The notes below the pieces were generated by a model, which saw only the letters and a list, made by a program, of their open reading frames with translations, searched no databases and was not told where the DNA came from. Both the position numbers and the translations under genes were made by a program. DNA of 63,473 nt, counting the filler, from Octopus bimaculoides (lineage: Eukaryota), in NCBI RefSeq assembly GCF_001194135.2. It is 8 parts of 7 records of this genome, joined end to end, with 100 filler letters (N's around TTAATTAATTAA, not from the genome) between each part and the next. Parts side by side here need not be neighbours in the genome. Positions count along the whole stretch, not along the records: positions 16,236 to 41,609 come from NC_068984.1; 7 more parts are not named here. One strand, given 5' to 3'. Within the stretch, counting starts at the first letter, position 1. The number at the start of each line of letters is the position of its first letter. This document shows, in pieces, positions 24,944 to 37,634 of the stretch.

Positions 24944-25452
24944 TGTATGAATGTACACACACACACATGTATGAATGTACACACACACACATAGTAGTAT
25001 CATTGTCAGTTTCGATGAAGATTGTTCTATGGATATATCAACATTCATACATGCATACGCATAATGAGAATGTGCGCGCGCTCGTACGTGTGCATGAAGA
25101 AAAGAAACGTAAACTCGGAGTAGCAGACGAGTCATTTCTTAGCTTAAGCAAAATGTAGAAAAGCAAGTAACTGTATGTGTGCATTGTTTTTCTCACTGAT
25201 AAATCTAAACGCGCGCACGCGCAAACACATACACACGAACATATGCGTATGGTTACGATACACACGCAGAAACATATATATGCATAAGAACGAATTTCAC
25301 GCACGCTCGTGTATTGGTATATAATTAATATTTACCTGACGTAGCCATAACGGCATAAACACACACTTATCACTGGCACATATACAAGTATATACACACA
25401 TTCCTAACGCTTTTCACACGCACACAGATATATATATATATATATACACACT

Positions 25453-25507
<55 letters not shown>

Positions 25508-25604
25508 TCATTTACATGGTTTCCATTCAGAAGCAACATTCGCTGTTTGTTAACCCAACAGCTGTCTTATACACTCAAAGTAAAGACCATTCACTTGTGC
25601 CAGG

Positions 25605-25929
25605 AATACCAGCAACTACTACTACTACTACTACTACTACTAGCACTACTACCGTTGTTATAATCACCAACCTTTTTACAACATTGCAACTGTTGCTTCT
25701 GCTAGAGTTGCCACTAAACCCCACCAACACAACTGCAACACAGTGAAATACCACCACCACCACCGCCAATACTACTACCACTACTACTACTACTACTACT
25801 ACTCACTCGTTCTTCTGTTCCGTTTGCTGCCACTGATGCATTCAGGACAGTCGCTGGAATCTCCAACGCCACCCTCACCATACTATTACCATCACATTCT
25901 TCAACACCATCGCCATCGTCAACCTAAAC

Positions 25930-25963
<34 letters not shown>

Positions 25964-26260
25964 TAGACGCTGCTGATGCCACACCATTAACCATTTCCAC
26001 TTCCAACCACAAATAATTACCACCGACACAAGCACGATCATCACCACCACCACCACTGCTACTACTACTGCTGCTGCTGCCGCTGCAGTCAACCCTATAA
26101 CTACAACTTGTACCTCAATCACCACACCATTAAGAACCACTACAGCCGCTGCGACAACCACCATATAACTACTACCAATGCTGTTGCTTCTGCTACAATT
26201 AGCAGTGTACAATTACCATAGCCATACCGCTACAAACCACCACCACCACCGCCATACACG
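25605..26260. repeat. Mosaic trinucleotide low-complexity region (CTA/CAC/CTG/CAT)
   Basis: Alternating imperfect ACT, ACC and GCT tracts; all frames interrupted by stops. Confidence 0.9.
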
Positions 26261-26596
26261 GTCAGCCAAGGCATCATCTATCTACCACTCGCCATTTAAA
26301 CAACACCCATTAATACAGAATTCGGAATGGTGAAGTGATACGAATGGTAGCGGCGACAGTGATGGGGGGGGGGGGAATAAAGTCGAGCGCAACAACAACA
26401 ACAATTAGAAAACAGTCCGTTTAATTCACTTTTCTCTTCTTCCAGAGAGAGAGAGAGAGAGAAAGAAGGGGAGTAAGAGATTTATTGGCATGGCAACAGT
26501 ATGGACAAACTACAAGCAATCAGCAGCAGCAGCTTCAATGATGTGCTGAAATGTGTGTATGCATGTATTTACACGCACGCACAGACGGACAGACAG

Positions 26597-26627
<31 letters not shown>

Positions 26628-27470
26628 AGCAAAAAGATATAGGTCTAGTAGAGCCACCTGTAATTGCTGTTTTTGATTTAAGGAGAAATTGACTGCTATT
26701 TCTAGCAGGTCAAACCACCATGTAGAGGCTCCGCCGTATGCTGAAGTTGTGTATGTATGTTATATGAGTAAGAGAAGTCACACGATCACTTGTATTTTGA
26801 TTTTAGTGTGGATGTGTGAACATGTGCAAAAGAGCGAATGGCTCCCTTTCACAAAGACTTCTATAGACACGACATATGTACACATTACACATGATGTGAG
26901 CGAGTGTATATAAAGATAAAAGATAGATATACACACAAGTAAATACATATACATATTTATAGCTATAACTCAGAAGTTACAGTGATTCCAGGGCGTAGAG
27001 TTCATGCACTGGCACCTACCAAAAATAGTGCATACAGTACCAATGAACGAAACTATCGGACCAGCTGGCCATCGTGTTACGCATGTAGTACAATAGCTTC
27101 TGTTTAACCTCATATCAGTTCTGAGAAAGACATGATCAAAAGTGTTCCAGCCCTAATCATCAAGTTCGACTTTTTTTATTTTTTACCTAGGACTATATTG
27201 ACCAATGTGTCCTTATTTCTAAGACAGTTGAGTGTGATTTTCAGAGAATTTCACTGCTATTTCTAGCAGATCGAGCAGCTAGCTGTGTATAGGCTCTCTC
27301 GGCTCGTGTGAGACAGTTAACACGATTATAGCAATACCTCATGTATATACATGTGTCACATGATCAGCTGTATAGTGCGTGAGCATGTGTATGTATGTAT
27401 GTGTGAACATGTGTCTGTGTAGAATAATGTGTCTGGATAAGTAAATAGATCACATGACTAGCTTGTGAAC

Positions 27471-27505
<35 letters not shown>

Positions 27506-27624
27506 ACATCACCAGGTTTATATTTGGTATGTGTGTGAATGAGAAAAAAAACCCCGACATGACTAGCTGCACACCATGTGTACATATAGCACATGACTAA
27601 CTCTGTATTAATGTGCGCGCGCGC

Positions 27625-27675
<51 letters not shown>

Positions 27676-28154
27676 TTCATAAAAATGTAACATGTGCTTA
27701 ATAAGTGTCAAGTAATTAGTTATTTGTTGTCATGTGTGTATATGCAGGAGGAAGAGAGATGGAGAGGATACACACACACACACACACACATACATACATA
27801 CACACACAGAGAGGGAGGGAGAGAGAGCGAGCAAATACTGGAGAGTGTGTCACATGACCGGTTGCTCATTGTGATATTTATATTTATTTCCATTTATTTA
27901 TATTTACTGAGATGTGTGAAAGAGAAAAAGAGTGTGAGAGAGGCGGGGGTCAGAAGGAGATAGTAAGCAATAGAGAAGTCAGTTTGTACATCATCTGTGT
28001 AGATTCAACAACAACATTACTGAATGTGTGTATGTATGTGTTTACGTATGTTCAAGTATTTGCAAGGACCACAAGAGGCTTGAACTAGTAACTAAATAAT
28101 AGGTAGGATGAATTATTTGGATGATGGCGAGATGTTTTGAATGCCATCACCTAC

Positions 28155-28243
28155 CTGTACTGTCTTCATGGCTACTCTTGACTTCTTGCTGGCTCTATCT
28201 ACATTACTGTATACAGATTCTATGAAGAGGTTGTAGTTCATTG
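28155..28243 (-). CDS. Candidate internal exon, product unknown
   Basis: Strong donor CAG|GTAGGT at 28155/28154; acceptors ATTACAG (89 nt) or CTCTTCATAG (65 nt); open frame (M)NYNLFIESVYSNVDRASKKSRVAMKTVQ. No homology recognised. Confidence 0.25.
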
Positions 28244-29149
28244 CTGTAATGTTATTGTGTGAATGAATGTGTGAATGAGTGCATGTTTGTAAATAAATGT
28301 GTGAATGACTGTGTTTGTGAATGAACATGACTTTGTGAATGAGCATGTGTGTATGTACATGTGTGTGTGTGTGTGTGTATGAATGAGTATGTGCAAGTGA
28401 GTGCTTGTGTCAGTGTCAAAGTGTGTTGAATGAGTTCGTGCATGTGTGTGAGAATGTATATGAATGTGTTTACTTCTATGTCAGCATATGTGGATATATG
28501 TTGGTGATCTGAGGAAGATTTAGCTGCTATTTCTATGAGGTCAAGATCCTGCATTGGCTTAATTCAATGCTGTATGTGTAATTCAGGTAAATATAGACGC
28601 TTGCTTAAGCACAAAGGAGTTTTTAAAGGCCTGGCTCTTATCCTTGGCTTCTGGAGATAACCAATTTAGCAGATGTGACATAGATTCCTATGCCAGTGGA
28701 ATGTTAAAGAACACATCACCAAAATTACACATAACCAACTCTGACAGCCATGAGCCTCTATGCAGTTACTCGATCAGCTAGAAGTAACTTCAAAATTCCT
28801 TCAAATCATCCCCAGTCATATGGACATATTAAATAATATGATTCCTAAGTTTTCTTGCATGTAAAAAAAGATGGGATGGTCATGGTTAGAATGCTTTGGC
28901 TCATAGTTCAGCTGGGTTAGGGGAGGCCTGAAGCTAAACAAAAACAACAATAATATAAGCACCTATGTGATCGTTTTGACTTGCAAGAAAGAGTAGCCAA
29001 ATATCCTTCAAGGTGCAATTTATTGTATTAGAAGAGAAAGATGCATTGAATATGATGTGGGGTTTAACAAAACTAGGATAAGGGCAATACACACTGAAAT
29101 CAACATTGCAACAAACACTCACCAACTCTATACCACATTTATTGCTATT

Positions 29150-29360
29150 AAGGTGGCGAGCTGGCAGAGTTGTGAGCACACTGGGCAAAATACTTAATAG
29201 CATTTTGTCTATCTTTACGTTTTAAGTTCAAATTCAGCTGAGGCTAACTTTACCTTTCTTCCTTTTGAGGTTGATAAAATGAATATCAGTTGAACACTAA
29301 GGGTCAATGTAATGGACTTACCCTCCCTCCTGAACTTGCTGGCCTTGCACCAAAATTTTA
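29150..29360 (+). mobile_element. SINE-A copy
   Basis: AAGGTGGCGAGCTGGCAGAG head, AAGTTCAAATTC B-box, GGCCTTGCACC tail. Confidence 0.8.
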
Positions 29361-29644
29361 AATCAATATTTTTATTATTATTACCCACATTGTCAACACA
29401 TGATCACCGCAGCACTACCTGCTGCAACCAGAACTATGACCACGACCACAACAACAATGATGCTGACCACCATCACCACCACCACGACCTCCTCCTCCTT
29501 CTCTAACAATATACACTTTTTTAATGCAATTTTCTATGCATGTTTTCTTTCATCATTAGTTTCACAAAAGTCAAGCTGACTGAAGAGTACAGTTAATATC
29601 TCTGTAAACATCAAGTCCAAGCCACAGCCAACCCATACTTATTC

Positions 29645-30010
29645 ACAACCACAGCTACATGGGATGGAATACACACAGCTCTTGGTCATGATCTCTTGAC
29701 AGTAGTTTTGTTCAGAAGATATGTCCCTGAAGGGTAGTAGACCTACTTTTGAATTTTGATATTATATGGACCACAGATTTCCAGAATTTTTCTTCCAGAG
29801 TTTTTCTCCAACATATCTCTTATTAAAGATAGACAGAACTTGGTAGCTTTTTGGTTAACATTTTAAACCCTTAGGGCCCTGTTTTCAGAAGCTGTTATTA
29901 TATGATTGGAAAGGTAGCTGTTACAATGAAGGGTCTTTCTAATCTTGATTATTTCTTGTTAGTATGTACCAGGGTCACTGCTTCGGAACATGTTTATAGC
30001 TGTAAATAGC
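29645..30010 (-). mobile_element. Penelope-like fragment (RT-endonuclease linker and start of GIY-YIG)
   Basis: EICGPYNIK, FKSRSTTLQGHIF and, in another frame, MTKSCVYSIPCSCG; frameshifted. Confidence 0.7.
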
Positions 30011-31264
30011 AGAAGTTCCCTTTCTTAACATACCAAACTTGTAGTAGTAATAGTAGTATAAGTAGCAGCAGAAACAGCTGCCAACCCAGCATCATTGTTG
30101 TTAAGAGGTTCTATAAGTAAGGCCAAGTGGAAGTTCTTATTTTAACTTCAAAAATAAATTAAATGGGAGTGGAGGGGGGGGGGAATAAAAAAGAAACAAA
30201 CTCTCAACAAATAAAAATAAAGTAAAAAAAAGAATACATAAGTCTAGAATATTTGCATTATTAATGCCTGGTTGCTGCTATCCAACAACAGATCTCTGAG
30301 TATGCCAAATTTTAAGTACCTGTTCTGAAATTAAAAGAAAGAGCAACACCACTATTGCTTTCACCAACACACTCAACATGACCATCACCAAAAGTATATG
30401 AAACTACAACTAGAAGAGGTATAAGTATAATATATTAATATATATGTTGTGTGTGTGCATGTATGTATGTATGTATGTATGTATACACATACAGATTATG
30501 AGTCTGTGTGTATGTATGTATATATTAGACAAATTCCCCACTTTTCATCTTTCTGCTTTCCTGGCAGGAAATGGATTATTTTACAGCAGAAAATCTTTGG
30601 GGAATTAAATTATTTGGTTTCCTTTGCTCACCATACAAAATACACACATATATATATATACATGCATATATTTTATTTGTTTGCATATTTCCACAAACAC
30701 ACACACACAAGTATACATAGATCCATCTATCCATCAATCTATGCTACTCTCTTTTAACAAGACCTCCACCACCACCACTGCCACCACCAGTACTCAATAT
30801 CTTCTCTTACTAATCTTAATCAGTGTTTTCACTGCCATCTGCAGACTATGACTTTTATTTAGCATCTAAGTATTGCTTTCTAATCCAAGGAAACTTTTAT
30901 ATTCAGAGTTAGTTGCTGCTTTAATAATGATGGTGATGATGATGATGAAGATAATATGGCAGAGATAGTGGTGGAGCCAGTAGTGGTTTGCTTGTGTGAC
31001 AAACAGTGAAGTAGTGATGATAGCAGTAGTGACCGTGATGGTGTTGCTTGTATGTTTGAAGTTGTGGTATTGGACAAGTTTATAGATCTCCAGTATAAAT
31101 TCACTGTGGTCATTCCATTACAGTACCCTTCCCTCAACAAGCATACCTCATTATGAACCAGATCATCTGGAATTGTTAATTAAGACAGACTAAAATCCTA
31201 GCCAGAAGTAGTTTTATATATATCATAGTCACATGCAGCAACAGCAGGGCTAAGTAACATTCGT

Positions 31265-31470
31265 TAACTCTTTTAGTATCAACCAGCCTGAGACTGCTCC
31301 TGTTCTATGATACAAACTACCTGTTTTAAAGTGATCTGAATGAAAAGTATTCATCAAAATTTCATGTAAATTTATGTTTCAAATACGAGCTTAGTAATGA
31401 CAAATTTGTTTTACTAAATCCTTCATTAGTCTCAAAATTAAAATGAAAGTAGTAACAAATGGGTTGAAAG
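31265..31470. mobile_element. Possible piggyBac-type MITE
   Basis: TTAA-CTCTTTT ... AAATGGG-TTGA resembles TTAA-CCCTTT/AAAGGG-TTAA; the internal TTAAAGTGATCT motif recurs at ~21950. Confidence 0.35.
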
Positions 31471-31619
31471 AAATTTGGAGAAAAATGAGATTTATAAGAT
31501 TTTGAATTTTTTTTACAAGATATAAAATAAATTATAGAGGTTAAACATTCAGGGACACTCTCTACATGAGAAAATAGTTCAGTGTTAAATTTATTATCTT
31601 TAAGCAGTTGCAACCAAGT

Positions 31620-31880
31620 TGTGTTTCACAATGCTGCACCAGGAATCTCCTATTAGCTTTGGTAGGTCCCTGGTTTCATGTTGTATGTCCCTACCAATAA
31701 CATCAATGTAGGTGGGTGATCTTTGTCTTCTATTAAGATGCAGAAGTCTCCAAAATATAACATCTGATATGGCCCCTTGTTCAACATGATAGCAGTGGTC
31801 AGTATTGGGTAACAGTAGAAGAGATGGGTGTTAAAATGTTCATAAATCTGCTTTTTGGTCTGGGTCAAAATGAATATTTA
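31620..31880 (-). mobile_element. Decayed RTE-type post-RT fragment
   Basis: DHCYHVEQGAISDVIFWRLLH...PTYIDVIGRD...DLPKLIGD resembles GHCYR..ISDxLLW..RPxTYIDxxxRD. Confidence 0.5.
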
Positions 31881-31958
31881 ATGCAGGGAATATCAAAATA
31901 ATCTAATTATAAATAATTACGTGCTGAGGAAAAGACAGCATATTTTAATTTTTTTTAT

Positions 31959-32020
31959 GATACCAGCAGGAAAGTTTTAGATTGAAGATCTAAAGCTCTT
32001 GGTTCAATCTTGGGCTTCCA
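31959..32020 (+). pseudogene. tRNA-Phe(GAA) pseudogene
   Basis: TTAGATTGAAGATCTAAAGCTCTTGGTTCAATCTTGGG matches the anticodon and T arms of eukaryotic tRNA-Phe; D arm and acceptor stem decayed. Confidence 0.7.
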
Positions 32021-33590
32021 CATTCAGAGGCTGCTACAGTTTCTTTTAAAAGCAGTGTCCAATTATAAGCACACCACAGTTCATAGGTCAAAATAGGTAA
32101 AAACAGCAAAAGTGTGAAAGGCAACTCTGGACAATGTTTCTATCTTATTAGACCTCCTCAACAAAATCTGAAGTGCTGGAATCAACCTGTGGGACATCTA
32201 CTAATATGCAGTAGTAGATCAGCTTGAATGAAGCAGCTTAACTAAGACTACTTGATAAAAAACAACAACAACAACAACAGCTATTGACTTTGAAATGCTC
32301 CAAATGCAGGTTTTAGCATTAACAAATGAAGAACAAACAAAAAAAAAACTGGCTATGTTCCAAAAAGGAATATGCAAGTGGACATTTTATATACATTTAT
32401 TCAGCGTGTACATGTCTCCTGAAAGACACACACCATAGTTGATAGTTGTTTGCATTGATTTTTTTTGTTTGTTTTCTGTTATAATCAACCAGAATGATAC
32501 CAGGTACTACCACCACTAGCTAGTCCAGTGTTTCAAAGTCTAAATAGGAAATTGCTAAGCTTTCTTTCTTTCTACCACAAGTACAACCACCCTGACCACT
32601 GCCACTACTACCAATACCGCTCTGTTGCCATGGACAAAATCACCACCTTCATCAACAAGAACAGCACCATCACCATTATTGCATTTAACTACAAAACACT
32701 ACTACTACTACTTGTATGTTCACTGCTATGAACAGCATCACAACTAGCAAAACAACTATTGCATTTCTGACATTGCTGCTGCTGCTACCACCACCACTAC
32801 CACTACCACCACCACCAACAACTAAAACATTAACTTTAGTTATGACTATTTATCATCAATACACACAGGCACTTTTTCTTATATATTTTACTCAAGAAAA
32901 GATGATAGTCATTGTTGATGTTGTTCAGCTCTAGGTCAAAAGTGCTCCAAATTAAGACCAGCTTCTCTTTGGGGATATCTATAACACTATCTAATGTAAT
33001 TTTTTTCTTTCTTTAAAGGGTTAAATACTATATGCTGTCATTCAACATTTCAGTATGTCTTCAGAAGTTTACAATGTTTTTTTATAGATAGAAGCAACAG
33101 TATGTGATATCAGAACATAACTATGATGTAAAACATAAAAATTATCTTATATATTTTTTAGCAGTGAAATGCTATGTAAACTTATTTGGGTTTTAAGCAG
33201 TTTCCCTCTCATTCTTTGTTGTGGTTTGTCTCTCTGTCTGTATTTCTATCTCTCACACACAAATACACAAAGCACTAGATTCCATTCATTTAATTATGAA
33301 TGTAAGTGTTACATTCATAGGTCAAGTTGTTAAAGTGTTGACTTATCAACGAAAATTACAAGTGTACACTAGATACAGTGTGGTTTATGAATAAATACAT
33401 AAACGGACTTACATCTATATGTATTTAGTCTCAGTGAAAAATAAAACTTATTAGGAGTTTTCTGCTAGCTAGGCTTAAGGATTGAAGTAACATGTACGAT
33501 GATAATTCAACATTAAGGTTTGCTCACCTCTCCTTAACCAAACTGCCAATGGTGAGGTTATGGAGATGGATTAAGGTTTATATATATATA

Positions 33591-34158
33591 TGGATTTTCG
33601 AGCGAGATCGTTGCCAGGGCCCCTGAACATTAGAAGCATCAGTTGTGGCGTGCAAGAGAGACGATTGCGCTGGTATGGACATGTGGTGAGAATGGATGAG
33701 GATAGCTGCGTGAAAAAGTGCCACACCCTAACAGTTGAGGGAACCCGTGGAAGAGGTAGGCCCAGGAAGACCTGGGCTGAGGTGGTGAGGCAAGACCTTT
33801 GTACATTGGGCCTCACCGAGGCGATGACTACTGACCGAGACCTTTGGAAATGTGCTGTGCGTGAGAAGACCCGGCAAGCCAAGTAAGATCGTTGCCAGTG
33901 CCCCTGGACTGGTTCTTGTGCGGGTGGCACATAAAAGACACCATTTCGAGCGTGGCCGTTTTCGTGCGGGTGACACGTAAAAGCACCCACTACACTCTCT
34001 GAGTGGTTGGCGTTAGGAAGGGCATCCAGCTGTAGAAACTCTGCCAAATCAGACTGGAGCCTGGTGTTGCCATCCGGTTTCACCAGTCCTCAGTCAAATC
34101 GTCCAACCCATGCTAGCATGGAAAGCGGACGTTAAACGATGATGATGATGATGATGAT
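33591..34158 (+). mobile_element. 5'-truncated RTE-clade LINE (ORF C-terminus, 3' UTR, (GAT)n tail) in a (TA)n tract
   Basis: Uninterrupted RRLRWYGHVVRMDEDSCVKKCHTLTVEGTRGRGRPRKTW...DRDLWK* (stop 33884-33886). Confidence 0.92.
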
Positions 34159-34173
34159 ATATGTATATATATA

Positions 34174-35004
34174 CAGGGTGCAATGGGTAAATTGACGTCA
34201 TTTTATATCTTTAATTTCATGCATGTGCATTGATTGTTTTTGATTTTGTCGACCACACAGTATAGTAGGGTCAGTTGGGCACTGTCTGTGAGAAAAACAG
34301 AACCATGATGCAATTCACTCTACCAGAAATTTGGAAATGACATGCTGTACTGCTCGGCATTCGTGCCGGAAGCTTCAATATGAACATTTCAGAGTGTTTG
34401 GGTGTCAATCTGAGGACATGTACCGAGAGTGATGAAAATCAAACATCAAGACAACATCATGGTGTTTGGAGTGATCACTAGCAATGGCAACGTTATAATT
34501 CCATTCATCTTTCCACATGGCCTCAGACTCAACACGGAGGCCTACATCAAATGCCTAGAGGAAGTAGTGTTGCCCTGAGTCAAGAGGGTGGCTGCTAGAG
34601 GAGCCTGTGTCTGGCAACAGGACTCTGCACCATGCTACACAGACAATTTCTGTGACCACACCACCCCTAACATCTGGCCACCTAACTCCCTTGATTATTA
34701 TGTGTGGGGTGCAGTTGAGCGAGAGACCAACAAAACTCCTTGTAACACCAAAGATGAACTGAAGGCAAGGATTATGGCAGCATTCACCAACTTAAACAAG
34801 GAGACTGTCCAGAAGAGTTGCAGGAGATTCCAAAGTCGACTGGAGGCTGTAGTTGAAGCCAATGGTGATTTTATTGAATAAGTTTTCTGTTTAGTATTTC
34901 AAGATACTTTTATGTAATTTTGGTAAATATATGTTAAAATAGGATGTCAGTGTTATTTTCATTTTTGCGTAATTTAGGCAACGATTTATTCACCGCACCC
35001 TCTG
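34174..35004 (+). mobile_element. Internally deleted Tc1/mariner (maT-like) element
   Basis: Imperfect TIRs AGGGTGCAATGGGTAAATTG / AGGGTGCGGTGAATAAATCG; IMVFGVI, WQQDSAPC, WPPNS-LDYYVWG, RLEAVVEANGDFIE*. Confidence 0.88.
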
Positions 35005-35604
35005 TGTGTGTGTGTGTGCGTGTGCGCGTATATATGCATATGATGCACCCTGCTGGCTAGGTGAGCATGCAAACATCCCCCCTGTTTGGAAGGCTATTCT
35101 ATAGTGAACTGGAGCAATGTGAAATGAAGTATTTTGCTCCACAGATGGGAATTGAACTTACAATCTAGCTATCATGAGTGCAACACCCTAGCCACAAGGC
35201 CATGCATCTTCACACACACACATGTATGTAGGTATTCCCAGTTCAACAGGATCTGACTAGTCTGAAGGCTGTGTTGGTCTCCTATGTTTACTTTGGTGTA
35301 GTTTCTACAGCTGTTTGCCTTTCATAATGTCCACTTTATAGAGTGCACTGGCTGCATTTTACATGGCATCATCAGAAGTGATGATTCTACAAGGCAGAAT
35401 GGGCCCTATACCAGAAGAAGAAAAGAGAGAGTGGGCAACGATTCTAGGCAGAGGGATGTAAGATGGTGAGAAAAGGTGAAAGAGTATGACAGGGAACAGA
35501 GTTGAGAAAAAAAGGAGTAAATGTAATAATAAAAAAAAAAAAAGGAAAAGATGGTAAAGATGGGATAAAAATAAAAGGAACATGGGATACAGAAAAAAAG
35601 AAGC

Positions 35605-35965
35605 AGAAGCTTGCTTTGCAACCACATGGTTCCAGGTTCAATCCCACTGTGTGGCACCTTGAGCATGTGTCTTCTACTATATAGCCCCAGGCCGATCAAT
35701 GCCTTGGGAGTGAATTTAGTAGAAGGCAATTGAAAGAAGCCCCTTGTATGGAAAGCCTGTTGTGTTTATATATTACATAATATGTATGTGTGTCTTTGTG
35801 CTTGTCCTTCCCACATCTTGACAACCTGTGTTGGTTTGTTTACACCCCAGTAAAAGAGTACAACAGAATAAATACTAGACTTAAAAGAAAGAAAAAATAA
35901 ATACTAGGATTGATTTCAAGGTAGTGCCCCAGTATTGCTGTAGTCTAATGATTGAAATAAGTAAA
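35605..35965 (+). mobile_element. Nearly full-length old SINE-B
   Basis: Head, GGCACCTTGAGC CORE-like motif, internal TG/TA-rich spacer, tail CTTGACAACC..TTTGTTTAC..GAAATAAGTAAAAG. Confidence 0.8.
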
Positions 35966-36359
35966 AGTAAAGAAAAGGAAAAATATAACATATCTAATAC
36001 ACATTTTCATCATGAGTATTTTCTGAAAACTTACATTGTGTTTTCAATCTAACTCTGTGTTATTTTTCTCCTGGCCAATTTTATTTTACCTTGCCAACAA
36101 TGAGTAAGTATCTAGATTATATATTTATCACTGTGTCCAACTGATTCTTGCTAGACCACTCCTTGTGTGCATTTTTTATGAGTGCTTCAGTTCAGTTCCT
36201 TATACTTAGAAAATAAAAACACAAAAAAATAAAAAATAAAAATGCAAAGCAATTTCTGTTGAATACAGGTTTTAGATTATAGATACTTAGATGAATTTAT
36301 ATATAAGTATGTGTGTGCATGTTCTAACAACTGGTTGTAGGTCCTGCTATATCAAAGGG

Positions 36360-36414
<55 letters not shown>

Positions 36415-36610
36415 CATATACATACATATATATGTATATATAACTTAAGAAAAAGAGTGGAAGAGGTGTAGGTGAGGTGGCTGCTAGTGAACCAACTTAC
36501 TTGAATGGTCTAGTCAGGAACCAGGGTAGGGTGGAGTTCAATTAAGTGCTTATTCATTTATTAAAAAGCTGATATTAAGATAGCAGATGTTGGGGAATAT
36601 ATTTCTCTAG

Positions 36611-36628
36611 GTGACCTTCCTGGAAGAG
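36611..36628 (+). CDS. Candidate 18-nt microexon
   Basis: ATTTCTCTAG|GTGACCTTCCTGGAAGAG|GTAAGT: good acceptor, consensus donor, frame-preserving (VTFLEE or G-DLPGR). Confidence 0.3.
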
Positions 36629-37589
36629 GTAAGTTCACAAGACAGCTGTTTTTTTTATTATTATTGATTTTCTTACTATTTTTTTTTGTTTAATAAAAGA
36701 TATTGTACTACATTTGCTGTGTGGTTAAGAAGCTTGCTTTGTAACCACATGAGTCTGGGTTTTATCTGATTGTGCAACACGTTGGGCAAGTGTTGTCACT
36801 TCTGCTGTTACTTCAGAAAGTGTGCTGAAACCATGTGCTTGTTTACATATATATCAGCAATGACTACACAATTGGATGGATCAGTGATCACTACACACTT
36901 ATACTAATTCTATTTTTTGCATGGTTCTTACCTGATAGCCAGCTACTTTACAAAATCTACTGGGTATGTTTTATTGTGGCACCAGTACTAGAGAGGTCAT
37001 CTTATTCTTGACTAGACTAAGAAGACGCTTTCTCAGTTACTTTGCCTTCATTCATGCACCAACCATTTTATGGAGTTGCTAGCAACTTCACAATATGAAC
37101 TGGATGCATTTTTTTATAGCACCGACACCAGACGGTTACAAGTATTCACGAAGAAGTGAGTTTATAACATAAAGTTGGTAACATATTGGTGGGTGAATCT
37201 TTGTCAGTCACTGGTATTTTTGCCAGTCACTGGTAATCTTTTGACTGACTCATGTAATTTATTTTTAGACATTAAAATAATATGTATAAGGATACTGTTG
37301 TGACATTAACCATTGTTCAGAGTGCTCCTGATGTGCGTAACATTATCATCATCATTGATTTAAAGTCCACTTTTCCATACTCGCATAGAAAAGTTTATTG
37401 AGGCAGACTTTCCAGAGCCAGATAGACTTCCTGTTATGAATCCTCACCTGTTTCCAAGCAAGGTAATATTTTGTCACAACCAGACATGTTCTTGCAGAAT
37501 ATTGAAAATGAATGACACTAGTTGTAAAACTGACATTCATTTATAACTATGACACAGATGTCAAGAAATGGAGCTGCGCACACACACAC

Positions 37590-37629
<40 letters not shown>

Positions 37630-37634
37630 TAAAT

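Noticed and set aside
30568-30620. Plus-strand exon after a strong acceptor (EMDYFTAENLWG)
   Set aside because: No credible donor, and the frame runs into a microsatellite.
36500-36508. 9-nt minus-strand microexon and similar short AG...GT matches
   Set aside because: Weak acceptors; such matches arise by chance, which also limits confidence in the retained candidates.
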